A stretch of DNA of 22,978 nt from Azolla caroliniana (GCA_043228905.1 JBHGNT010000492.1:1-22978); one strand, 5' to 3'; counted from the stretch's first letter, positions 1 to 10,785 are shown. A program made the numbers and translations. The notes: generated by a model not told the origin, from the letters alone.

Positions 1-846
1 CAAAATTTCGGCTGAAGAGCTAACGTAGTTGACCTCCTCATGTCTGCTACTCTTCTTATCCGCTCTCTGAGCTTTGTCGGTTTTTGCTTTGAGTGCCCGA
101 CAGTCGGCTTTGATGTGTCTCGGTTTCTTGCAGTAGTTGCAGATTCGGTTGTCTCGGGACTTGCTCCGGCTTCACTGATTGTTCGGCGGTTGGGAAGAAC
201 TTCTTCCCCGGTTGTTCGATCGGTCGGTTGAACCTTGTACTGCGTAAGCTTCATCTGCCGAGTCTTTCGCCAAAGACTTTCTCCGAGCAGCTTCAGTCAG
301 GATTGTGCTCGTGACTTCGAAGTACTTAACGACAGTTGTTGAAGCATTGCACACGGTTGTAACGAAAGTTTCCCATGAAGAGGGGAGACTACTCATGAGT
401 ATCATTGCTTTGAGTTCATCCTCGATTGCCGTCCCCTGAGACGAGATTTGTGAGCTTATGCTTTCATACTCATTGAGGTGTGCCTGAACCGAATCGGATT
501 CTTTCATCCGCAAGTTGTAGAGGCGCCGGATCAGATACATCTTCGTTGCGGCAACCTTCTTTTCATAAGTTTCCGATAGTGTTTTCCAAAGTTCAAACGA
601 TGTCGTGCATGATTGCACTGTGAAGTACACTGACTCCAACAAGTGCATCCGAATCGTGGCGCAGACTATTCTGTTCAGCTTTAGCCACTCGTTTGCCTTG
701 TATGCTTCTGGAGGATTTTCATTCTCAATCGGGTCTATCTGACCCTTGACAATGAGATAGTCCTGCATTTGTTCCTTCCAGAAGTTGAATTTCGAACCGT
801 CGAACCTCCTTAGACTCATGTCCGATGAGCCGGATGTTGATGCCAT
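1..846 (-). pseudogene. gag: copia gag(-pol) ORF with an in-frame stop at 174-172
   Basis: ORF 846-172 has UBN2/gag-type motifs. Past the TGA the same frame reads SRSKSRDNRICNYCKKPRHIKADCRALKAK (zinc knuckle 141-100) and stays open to position 1. Confidence 0.9.
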
Positions 847-1513
847 CTGCTTCGGTTTCGGTTGGTAAGACTCGGTTCGGAGTTGACTACGAACCTTAGT
901 GGGGTGCAGCCGGTCGGCTCACCCGATATCGTTCTAGTCAGTTTTGAACCCGAGTCGGTTTGGTTTCGGATACTTGTTGCTGAACTTGCTCAGAGTGACT
1001 CCGGTAACTTGAGGGATAGAACCGGCTGGTCTTCCCGAATGTTGCCGAGTCAGAGTGAGCCCGATTAGCTTCCGATTGTATGCCGAATACCGATTACACG
1101 AAACCGATTGTTTGGGCCGATTCTGCTTCAGATGACTGCAGCAATGAGAGGGACGGATCCAATTGATCCTCCCGAATGTCGATCAGCCGATTGAAACATG
1201 AAGTGGTTGTTGCCAGGAGAACAATCTGCAGCGGGTGGTTACATCAAGCGGATGAATAGCGTCCGGTGACCTATTCGGATGTTGTTTAACCGAATGAAGC
1301 ATGATTGGGTCGGTTGTTGCTCAAGGAGCTCCCCTCAAGCGGTCACAATCACAAGAACAGAGTATAACCGACTAGCTTACTCCAATTTGTGATTTAACAC
1401 AGTGAGATGCGAGCTTTTTGTTTTTCTTCTCCCTTCTCTATTCTTCAAAGAAAACGAAAACAGAATGTTGTGTTGTATGATGACGGCTGGCAGCAGGTTG
1501 AAGAATCTCCAAC

Positions 1514-1525
1514 GCTCTAATACCA
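1514..1525 (-). promoter_or_regulatory. Primer binding site (tRNA-iMet type)
   Basis: Minus strand reads TGGTATTAGAGC, one mismatch from canonical TGGTATCAGAGC, 2 nt after the LTR-terminal CA. Confidence 0.9.
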
Positions 1526-1527
1526 AA

Positions 1528-1632
1528 TGTTGGGGAAAAGGCCGTCAAAGCAGAAGTGCAAGCAACATTCGTGATGAAGAAGAACATGTGTATGCATGAG
1601 CAAGATAGACACAAAGGGAGAGAGAGAGAGAC

Positions 1633-1673
<41 letters not shown>

Positions 1674-1864
1674 CACAAAGGAAACGTTATATTCTAATAG
1701 CAACAGTTACAAATGACAACCAACCTCCAGTAAAGGTTTCAAAGTCAATTTATATAGTGACTATCCTAGGGCAACTTCCCTTTATGCTATTTACAGAAAT
1801 GGCCCAAGCTTGGGTTGTCCAAAAGGACAATGTGAATACGGCCATTATACACTCGTATTCAACA
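1528..1864 (-). repeat. 5' LTR of the copia element (337 bp)
   Basis: Terminal inverted TGTTG/CAACA, TATA box CTATATAAA on the minus strand at 1757-1749, and an internal (GA)n tract at ~1617-1672. It abuts the PBS on one side and LINE coding sequence on the other. Confidence 0.85.
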
Positions 1865-4800
1865 CAAAGAAATATTTTGTAGTTGTTGCCAAATAAACCC
1901 ATAATTAAGTTGGATGCGTAATAATTGTTACGCTTCAACAAACTCCAAAATTCTTTGAGATGGAGCCTCAACTATAACTCCCACCTCATTGACCCCCAAA
2001 TGAAACAAACAATTAATTTGAGAGCGCAATCTCTCCTTTCATGGCCAACATAATAACCGAGAACACACAAGTAACTCTTTTTGCAAAGAATTACAATGCT
2101 CTCTACTAGATGATGGTTTCCATACACATAACAAGAGCGCTTCTTGCCATGAGGTAACCAAGTGTTGAACACATGAAGAGCCCTGAATCCTAAGTAAATT
2201 ACATCCATTCAGTAATTGCCACCATGAAGCCTTAGTCGTTGTCCTCCCATGTATTAAACCCTTGTTCTCAATGAAATATTGAACAATAGATATCCATGGT
2301 TGTGAGTTTAAATACATGGCTTGTAATAATGAAAATCTACGAGCCATCATATGCATAGGTAAGTTCAATATTCTAGCCCACCCCCCCAAGTGCTTAAGGG
2401 TTGCTAGATTATTCTACGCAACCCAAGTGATTCCCATCTTATCCCTCTTCTTCCACAACAAATATCGAAGAGGTTGTAAAACAGAATGCGAAGCCTTCTT
2501 TGTCCATGGCAACAATGGCAAGTAATATAATATCATGGATTCCATGATACATTGTACAACCTTCAAGCGTACATGAAATGGCAAGATTGTGACTTCCAAT
2601 ACATGAACTTATCCCTCAACTTACTAGACATCCATTCAATCAATTGACCATTTGTAACATTCATTCCTAATGGATAGCCCAAATGTCGAAAAATAGAGCC
2701 TTTCTTCACCACGGATCCTTGTCATTCTAAACATTCCAAATCCCTTTCAGTACATGATATGAGACTAGACTTCCTCCAATTAATATGTAATCCGGAAGCC
2801 AATGCAAATAGGTTCCATAAAAGCATCCCCTTCTCAAGATTCTCTTGTGAGGCTTGTAGAAACATGAAAGAATCATCAGCCAAAGCTTGTGCTACTAGTT
2901 GCCCTCCATATGGAAGGTGTAGACCCACAATGTCACCATTTGTTGCAAGCTTTCATAACATCACTAACAAGGGATGAGTAACAATAGCAAACAACAATGG
3001 GCTAAGAGGGCATCCTTGACGAACAGATCTTGTGAGGGCGATATCTAATGTAACTCCCCCATTAAGTAATATTTGAGACATCGCATCTTGTCCTAATAAA
3101 AATATGAGGCGAGACATACAAGGTCCAAAGCCCATTGTATGCATTAACCCAGAAACAAAGGACCAATAAACATCATCATAAGCTTTCTCCAAATCTAATT
3201 GCACCATAATCAATTCTTGATGAGTGTTTTCGATGTATCAACTTTGGCAAATACTTTTGTAATCTATTTCCCAAGACCTTTGTAAATATCTTATACAACT
3301 CCCCATCAAAGAAATAGGTCTCCATTGATGAAATTACTCAAGAGATGCCAAATTTGGAACTAATTTAATTAGACCAACCTTCCAAGCTTGAGGCATACAA
3401 CCAAAATCCCAAGAATGTTGAAACATCAAAGTTAAGGGCCCCTTTAAAATGTTCGAATGTCGCTTAAAAACTTCATTTGTCAAGTCATCCCAATCAAGGC
3501 TCTTACCACTAGGAAGATGCCTTAAAACCGTGTCCACCTCATCCTCAATGAAATCTGCATCCAATTCATGACTAATGACATCATGCACAATACATCCAAC
3601 CACAACATAAAACTCATGACGTTCTCTACTCACCTCATTTGTCATTGACAATTGTGGGCCAATCAACTCCTTAAAGTAATGAGCACATATGTCAATGATT
3701 GTAGTAGGATCCACTATCAATTCATTCCCTTGCTTCACATGTACCATATTAGATCGAGCATAAGTAGGATGTAATTCTTGGAAAAACAAATGAGATTGAT
3801 ATTGATTATCTATGAGCCCATCCCTCAGTTGACGCATCTTCGCATAACGATAAATTTGGCATTGCAATTGAGAAATAATAACATGCAATTGACATGGGAG
3901 ATCCAAAAGCTCCTCATCTAATGATGCATGTCTCAATAATGCATTACACCTGGAGAAAACTTGTGAGAATTGTCGAAGAAGACCTCCATACATACGATGA
4001 ATGATCTTAATGTTTCATAACGTGATATCCCATGCTTTAACTCCTTTAAGATTCACTTCTTGTGAAAAAATTATCAAAATTTGCTCCATGAGAGAATCAA
4101 AAGTGAGTTGAAGCAAAAGAGAAGAGTTAAAGCATCATGGAGGCTTTCCAAGTAAGGATTTATACATGTCAATTGCATGATTACAAACCTCAAACAAATA
4201 GGAAAGTGATATGAAGTTCTTACATCTCGTAGAACTGTCATACGAAGTGATGTCGATAAAAAAGAATCATTGTGCATCACATACATTCTGTCTAACCGAC
4301 TCCATGTTTGTCTATGTTGAGCAGACGGGAAAGTAAAACCTAGATCATTCCCATGCAACCATGTACAAACATGCAACTTCAGAACCTCCATAGCTAATGA
4401 ATCCCAAGCAAGTTGCTCAGGATCATCCATGATTGAATGTTCAGACGTAGATTGAGATGCATCAACACACATGTTAAAATCACCTATAAGTAATCTTGGA
4501 CAACCCACACAGGGTTTGAAGGGGTGAGACCATAATGCAATACGTTGCGTGGCTTGGTTAGGGGCATAAATCCAAACCACCCACACAACCTTGCCAAAAT
4601 ACGTAATTTCTAGACCCAAAAACCAACCATAAGGATCATTATGCACCACTTGAGGATAATATTTATCTCCCACGATTAGTATCACACTTGAATAATGATT
4701 ATTAAGATGTCATGCATAAAATGATGATTATCCACGTTGTCGTGAAGTTGTTCCTTCACGATGTCAAAACAATGTCAAAAATCTATAGAAGTACATTTCC

Positions 4801-5013
4801 CGTCTAGAGCTTATGACAAGGAGCATGTAGGAATTTTTAGTTCGTGAATCAGAGTTCAAAAGCCCAAGATACAAGCTTTGGAAGGACTAATGCAACTCGG
4901 GACACAAATGTAATTATGTAAAAAGGGGGATTCGAAATTAAATAAAGGCCATTTTTGTAATTTCTCAAATGTACAACTACAAAATCGAATTTGTAAAATT
5001 TATAAATAAAATA

Positions 5014-5050
<37 letters not shown>
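5014..5050. repeat. (AAT)n microsatellite
   Basis: About 12 AAT units, seen directly. Confidence 0.95.
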
Positions 5051-5053
<3 letters not shown>

Positions 5054-5293
5054 TAACCACCTTGCATGAGGCGGTTTGTCAACCGCCTCAAGAGGGTGGT
5101 AGGGCGGTTGACCACCCTATAAAAGTCACGCCCATGGTGGCTAAAGAGAAAGGGTAGAGCGGAAAAAAGGAAGAGGAAAAGAAGAAGGGGGAGAAGGGAG
5201 GAAGCTCGCAAAAAGAAGAGGTGCAGAGGTCGGTCATGAAGCTAGGGCCATGCTGAATAGAAGACAAAAAGAAGAGAAAAGGTGAAAACCAAG

Positions 5294-5504
5294 AAGTTGA
5301 GGTGGTGTATCTCAAATACCTCTTAGCAAACGAAAGGTTGTTAGTTCGAATCCTCTCAAAACAACTAACTTTTGGTAAACAAATTTTGTAATATAAATAT
5401 GGTATATATAAGAAGAAAGAGACTTAAATAAATAGAAATCAAATAAGTTGAAGTGGTCTATCTCAAATGTTTCTTCTGAAATAGAGGTTGTGAGTTCAAG
5501 TCTT
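5294..5504 (+). repeat. Two diverged ~60-bp tRNA-like direct repeats (5294-5354, 5445-5504)
   Basis: Both share AAGTTGARGTGGTSTATCTCAAAT...ARAGGTTGTKAGTTCRARTCYT. B-box-like GTTCGAATCC lies at 5344-5353 and GTTCAAGTCT at 5494-5503. Confidence 0.7.
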
Positions 5505-5739
5505 GGCATCTATCTTGCTTTCTCGGCTTCTTGTCATTGCACCATCCACACGATCATCCCCGAGTCATAGAACCCTGACGGTTGCGACACACAACCACAA
5601 TCTTCTCGACAACGCAAATGAATTGTGGATCTTGGTAACTCATGACACTTATGCTCAACTGCACATAATACATCCCATTCTTTACTTAACGAAGTTTCCC
5701 ATGCCCCTCTCACATTCCATGTTACCACTTTCATTCAAT

Positions 5740-7416
5740 CAACAATGTTATGGGTGCACTTGCTCCTTTAGAGCAACTGATGTCATGAAACTAGTCAAAG
5801 CATGTTCCAATGCTGCATATGGATTCTCATGCACCACATCCTTAGGGATGTCTATCGAAATCTTTTGTTTAGGTCCTCGTACTTGACGAAAACCTCGAGA
5901 ATTCGATGAATTTACAACCCATCCCAATGAATAAAATTGAAGGTGAAGGGGTAATCCCTTATCCCTAAATTGTCATTGCCAAAGAACTTTTCAATGACCC
6001 TCCCTAGTTCTGGAATTACCTTACCAAGTAGTCTCACAAGTAGTGGGCAAACTATTACGTTGCATATTCATTTATTTCCCCTTCGACTTGCCCTGAACCT
6101 AATGTCAATCTTTGTCAACAACAACATCACTACAAGCTCTATCCAATGGTTTTTTCCCCTTATCTATAACCACTAAACTTTGTTTTTCCATATCCATAGA
6201 TTGAGTTCTCTTATTCTTAGGGCCCAATCCATGAAGTGAGATCTCTTTATAACCCGCTCTAGATGATGTTCCTTTATCCATCACAACCACAATATCTAAC
6301 ACACCAACATCTCTCCCAACCCCTTCATTAGGAACCTCTTAATGGCGATGGCATTCTGCCATAAAGTGACCCCATTCACCATATCCAAAACAATGACCTG
6401 CAAATGTCCCCCACTTCAATTTAAAACAAAGTTTTTTCATACCAGGTGTGTTCATACGCACCCATATTGGCCTCTTACGACTTGTATCTCATAACACACA
6501 AAATCTGCATTTATTTGTAGCATTTGCATGTAGAGATACCAACACTTTACCCATTTGACTCATCAACTCTAGTAAAAGTGGTCTTAAAAAAGCATGCTTA
6601 CAATCCACTGTTACCCAAACAGTGCTTTCCTGTTTTAACAAAGCATGATAGTTCACTACGAGGAACCATTGCATTACATGCACCAAACATTTATAAAAAA
6701 ACATAGGAACTTTAGCCAACAATGCATTTCGATGTTCCGGTGAATGAAATACTACATCATAAAACCCTTGTGGTCCTACATATATATTTTCAGCACAATT
6801 TGGTGACACGATTGTGTTCAACCTTTACTTAATCCAATGTATGGGAGTTTCCCAATAAAAAAATATATAACCATACGATCATAGAATACATCAAAAGATT
6901 GCAACATTGCCTTAGCATCAACTTCCACATCATGCACATCCTCATCAATGCATTCTTTCACTTCATTTTCATTTTCTTCCACAATATCAGACAACAAGGT
7001 ATTGACAATTTCCCATAAATGATCCCAATTACAATGATCCCTTGTCAACCTCATCTACATGTATTACTTCGGCATATGTCACTTTTTTTCATTAATTTCC
7101 TCAATGGGTTAAACCTCTTAGAGCTTCCAATGTCTTCACTTTTTTTTCATTAATTTCCTCAATACCCTTAAACCTCTTAGAGCTTCCAATGTCTTCACTT
7201 TTTTTCATTAATTTCCTCAATACCCTTAAACCTCTTAGAGCTTCCAATGTCTTCACTTTTTTTTTATTAATTTCCTCAATACCCTTAAACCTCTTAGAGC
7301 TTCCAATGTCTTCCCTTTCACGATTACATTCAACCATCACATTACTCTTTTTTGGATCAATTGTTTCCATATCGATGTCCCCCATAATTTGTGAAGAATT
7401 CATGTTTATATCCATT
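5740..7416 (-). pseudogene. LINE ORF1 (RNA-binding plus zinc knuckle), fragmented
   Basis: Fragments at 7054-6818 and 6821-6489 and a degenerate CX2(C>Y)X4HX4C knuckle at 6392-6351, directly upstream of ORF2. Boundaries are approximate. Confidence 0.7.
7080..7313. repeat. Minisatellite, 4 copies of 57-59 bp
   Basis: Unit CAC(T)nCATTAATTTCCTCAATACCCTTAAACCTCTTAGAGCTTCCAATGTCTT starts at 7080, 7137, 7196 and 7254. Confidence 0.95.
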
Positions 7417-8623
7417 ATTCTTGATATGATTTTGATCCAGAATAAAAACAATTTTCCATGAACAAGAGAGACAACCAGAACTCACTCGATTTAAGAGATC
7501 GAAGATGATGAAGACAATAGAAGATCAACAATGCGTGTTGAGTATGTGGATGCCGACAACATAAGATTCCTCGTACAGACCACCAAATTTAACTTGCTAT
7601 ATATCTCTTTACGAAGCTCTAATCGAGGGCTTTGTCTTTGTGCCCAATTTTGTTGATGATAGAGAACACAATAAAAAAAACTAATTCTCTTCTTCTTCTT
7701 CCCCTCTCCACTCTTGCTTTTTTTCACTCTCTCACTCACACACACTCTCTCTCTCTCTTAACTCTCTCTCTCTCTATCAATCTCTCTCTCTTTGGTAAAA
7801 GCACGCAATTATATTAATTGTATGTAAAATCCACATTTACAACACTTCTTAGTCTCTTCTACGTACCTATCCTATGTAGGAAGCGGGACATCCTGTAATG
7901 CCATTACAAAACTTGGATATGCATTTGAGGAAATGATCCCCACATGCTTTATCATCCAGAAATTCCACATAAGAATATCTTTCAACTTCTTCATATAAGC
8001 TTTCACCCTATGTTTACTATCAAACATGAAAGCATTATGCATATTCCAATTGTGTTGCAGTCCCCAATAATGTAAAAATTGGAACAATATCTCCATCTCA
8101 TAATTTAAAACCATTGTTGAGGTCTCAAATAACAACAGGTTAAAACTTGCCAAATGTTCGATAAATACTGTCAAATAGCACAAGCTATAGGACATTGAAC
8201 CTATGTGTATTGTCCTCCAATGGAATGGTGCAAAAGAAACAAATGTTTGACCCTAGTCCTCGTCTCTTTAAGGCTGAACCTAATGGAAGCGTACCAATCA
8301 TGACTCTCCATATGAATACCTTTGCATGAAATGGCAGATGGGAATGCCAACCACGTTGTAATATTTTCCACCACCTTGCATTCGACTTAGATACACTCCA
8401 TACCTTTTTCTGCTTTAGGTGATAGCCAAGATAATGATGTCATTGCATGATGATACAATACATTTGTAGTGGCCTGTAACATGTGTGTACCATCATGTAA
8501 CAACCAATTCACCCAAGGTGCAACATCTGTTTTCAATGGCAACGATCCATCCAACAATGGTATATCTTGTTATTTCTCCCAAATAAATCTATAATTTAGG
8601 GGAATACATAACCATCATTTGGC

Positions 8624-8627
<4 letters not shown>

Positions 8628-8680
<53 letters not shown>
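8628..8680. repeat. (CT)n(CA)n compound microsatellite
   Basis: Seen directly. Confidence 0.95.
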
Positions 8681-9203
8681 AATGTTGTGCTCCAGTTGGA
8701 TGCATGATATGGAAAAATGGTTTGGAAGATGGGATGTAACACACTTACTTCATGACACATCACTAGATTCCTTTGTAAATGAGGCATTTCTACAATGCCA
8801 ATTTATCATGACATTTGAAAAATGTGGAGGCTCACACTTCACAAAATATATACTTTATATGTTGCATCTGACTACAAAACCATATTATTCACCAAACGAG
8901 GAAACCACACACCTCAATACATGTTACAACCCATCCCATTGCCATTGCTTCCATGCAACTTAGCTCACATACATTGTAATGTGAGACGACGTGTTGGGGC
9001 ACAGGTGAGAGTAGGCAATTATGCATGCTTTGCCCAGAACAAGTTTGGGAATATGAGTATCACACTTCAATATAATGCTCTGCCTTTGATCACATCGGAC
9101 TTTGCTTTCCATAAATCTTTAACCAAACCCAATCCTTGCACAAATTTTTTTCATAGACATGTTGTGCACTCTCGATTGCAATATTGTTGGCAAAGTTCTT
9201 GAA

Positions 9204-9320
9204 CATCAAGAGTCACTACTCACTTTCACATGTATCATGTGAAAGTAAGATTTTTTGTCTCATAGGTCATATTTGGCATCTGATTCTCAAAGACGATAAT
9301 AAAACCTATCTTCTATCTCA
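9204..9320 (+). mobile_element. 5'-truncated copy of the SINE at 9952-10265
   Basis: Aligns to 10148-10245 (CATCRAGAGTCACTAC...GTCTCATAGGTCATATTTG...AAGACGATAATA) and ends in TATCT repeats. Confidence 0.7.
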
Positions 9321-9951
9321 TAAGCAGTAATGTATTAATTATGAACGTCAAATTACAATAGATGGAATCACCACAAAATCAATCATGGTTTCATGACATC
9401 CCTCATCTCTAAATACATTGGTTTGTTGACCTATATAGTCCCATGCAATAAAGGCCGATGCAACTGACAAACATGATGTGTTGCCAACTTACAAATCCCT
9501 AATTACTCTTGCGACAACCTCCATGAAGTTTCCAACAAGGAAAACTACCATAGAAATATGTCTTCTCATTGTTGAATGTTTCTTTGAACCCCATATGAGC
9601 ATGGCATTCTGCATACACAAATAATGCCATAATCCACAATACCTTAGATACTGAAAGGTTGTTTCAAAATGTGGAGAAGGCATTCTTGATTGCACATGAC
9701 CAAACACCCATTGAAACATGGATTTCATCATTCAACTATATAGAAGCCCACATTGCATATATAAAATTCTAGATAGCATTTGTTATCGAACAACTGATAA
9801 ATCAATGTCGACAATGTTCCTCTAAAGTTCTGCAAAACAAACACATTTCTTTTTTGGAAAAAAAAAACACATTTAAGAAGGAACACTCCACCTACATTGA
9901 AATAAAATCAATTAATCAATCTCTCTCTCTCTCTCTCTCTCTCGTAATTAG

Positions 9952-10265
9952 CTTACCCTAGTCTAGTGGTAAGTTGTTACACTACAAGCCACTACGTATT
10001 GGGTTTGAAACCCAATTTTACTCACCTCTCTATTATATACTTCATACATATCTCTTATATAATTCACTAGATGCCATTGTGGAATGTAGGGTTGACCCCA
10101 TGACCTCCTGGTCTCCACCTTACCAACCTTACCAACTGAGCTACATCCATCGAGAGTCACTACCCACTTTCACACATATCACGTGAAATGTAATATTTTT
10201 GGTCTCATAGGTCATATTTGACCTCCGAAGACGATAATATAATCTCTCTCTCTCTCTCTCTCTCT
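9952..10265 (+). mobile_element. Putative tRNA-derived SINE with an RTE-like 3' tail
   Basis: A-box TAGTCTAGTGG at 9959-9969, T-arm ATTGGG-TTTGAAA-CCCAAT at 9998-10016, and a tail (10198-10225) 24/28 identical to the LINE 3' UTR at 22139-22166. It ends in (TC)n. Confidence 0.7.
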
Positions 10266-10570
10266 TATCTAAACCCGCACCCATGCCCGCTTCCCCCAAA
10301 CCCTACACAAGAACCACGTATTTTTCTTCACACCCACAATTACTTGTTGGCACCTTGGCAACGGGAGTGGAGTGTCTTTTTCACTCATAACGAGACTCTC
10401 CCAATACACAGGATGGCCCCTTCAAAACCCAGGCGGACATTCCATTTTTTGCTATCACATATATGCACATTCTCGGTCGGCCAATCGAAGAGGCCATCGG
10501 AGAGGCCATGCCATCCTCATCTTCTCTGGTGACTAGTCTACCCATCACAACCTCATTCTTATACATATAA

Positions 10571-10622
10571 TGTGTGTGTGTGTGTGTGTGTGTGTGAGTG
10601 AGAGAGAGAGAGAGAGAGAGAG
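10571..10622. repeat. (TG)n(GA)n microsatellite
   Basis: Seen directly. Confidence 0.95.
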
Positions 10623-10781
10623 CCCTGCTACAGAATTTGTTTTTGTGGTATAATTCAAAAGAAAGCGAAGTGGGCATGTCCTCCTTCCTTCCTTCAAAAT
10701 CATTTCATTTTTCCCTTTTTGTCTCTCTTTCTTTTCGCTTCCTTCCATCCCTCTGCAGAATTTGCTCACAAGCAGACCTTT

Positions 10782-10785
<4 letters not shown>

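Larger units (their letters stand above)
1..1864 (-). mobile_element. Ty1/copia LTR retrotransposon, 5' portion (LTR, PBS, leader, gag), truncated by the window edge
   Basis: On the minus strand, in order: LTR with TGTTG...CAACA ends (1864-1528), a 2-nt spacer, PBS TGGTATTAGAGC, a ~670-bp leader, then copia-type gag (FDGSKFNFWKEQMQDYL, LIRRLYNLRMKE, LMSSLPSSWETFV) and a CCHC knuckle. Confidence 0.93.
4738..5611. mobile_element. Solo-LTR-like insertion (874 bp) in the LINE endonuclease
   Basis: Ends are TGTCGTGAAG...CTTCTCGACA (TG...CA, 9/10 inverted match), flanked by ACGT (4734-4737) and ACGC (5612-5615). Removing it plus one flank copy rejoins the endonuclease in frame (TIHLR|G*SSFYA*HLNNHYSSVILIV). 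TATAAAA lies at 5118-5124 on the + strand. Confidence 0.82.
1865..5734 (-). pseudogene. LINE ORF2 (APE endonuclease plus reverse transcriptase), fragmented
   Basis: Starts MKVVTWNVRG at 5734. The endonuclease resumes at ~4737-4074, with RT fragments at 3993-3334, 3213-2953 and 2928-2722 and post-RT fragments at 2599-1865. Confidence 0.9.
1865..7790 (-). mobile_element. Decayed L1/Tx1-clade LINE (ORF1 plus endonuclease-RT ORF2), interrupted by two insertions
   Basis: ORF1 remnants (GPQGFYDVVF, knuckle CFGYGEWGHFMAEC at 6392-6351), then ORF2 motifs WNVRG, IYAPN, IGDFN, SRLDR, WRPISL, LDLEKAYD, RSVRQGCPLSPLLF, ALADD, in colinear order with stops and frameshifts. The 5' boundary is approximate. 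Confidence 0.92.
7795..9800 (-). mobile_element. Second decayed L1-type LINE, 3' half of ORF2 (zf-RVT region) and 3' UTR
   Basis: Manual translation of 8400-8170 gives WWKILQRGWHSHLPFHAKVFIWRVMIGTLPLGSALKRRGLGSNICFFCTIPLEDNTHRF/QCPIACAI*, a typical zf-RVT. The ORF ends at 7872. Upstream pieces (QGLGLVKDL, MFQWVFGHVQSRM) are weaker, so the 5' limit is uncertain. Confidence 0.75.

Noticed and set aside
1833-1861. 8-bp hairpin TGAATACG/CGTATTCA near the copia LTR end
   Set aside because: Short, and no second LTR copy is in the window to test conservation.
4849-5211. ORFs with poly-Ile or poly-Asn runs
   Set aside because: Artefacts of the (AAT)n microsatellite inside the solo-LTR-like insert.
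7080-7313. CRISPR-like array
   Set aside because: Units are contiguous with no unique spacers, the context is eukaryotic, and there are no cas genes.
9952-10020. Functional tRNA gene
   Set aside because: No acceptor or anticodon stem and the T-loop is mutated (TTTGAAA), so it is treated as a SINE head.
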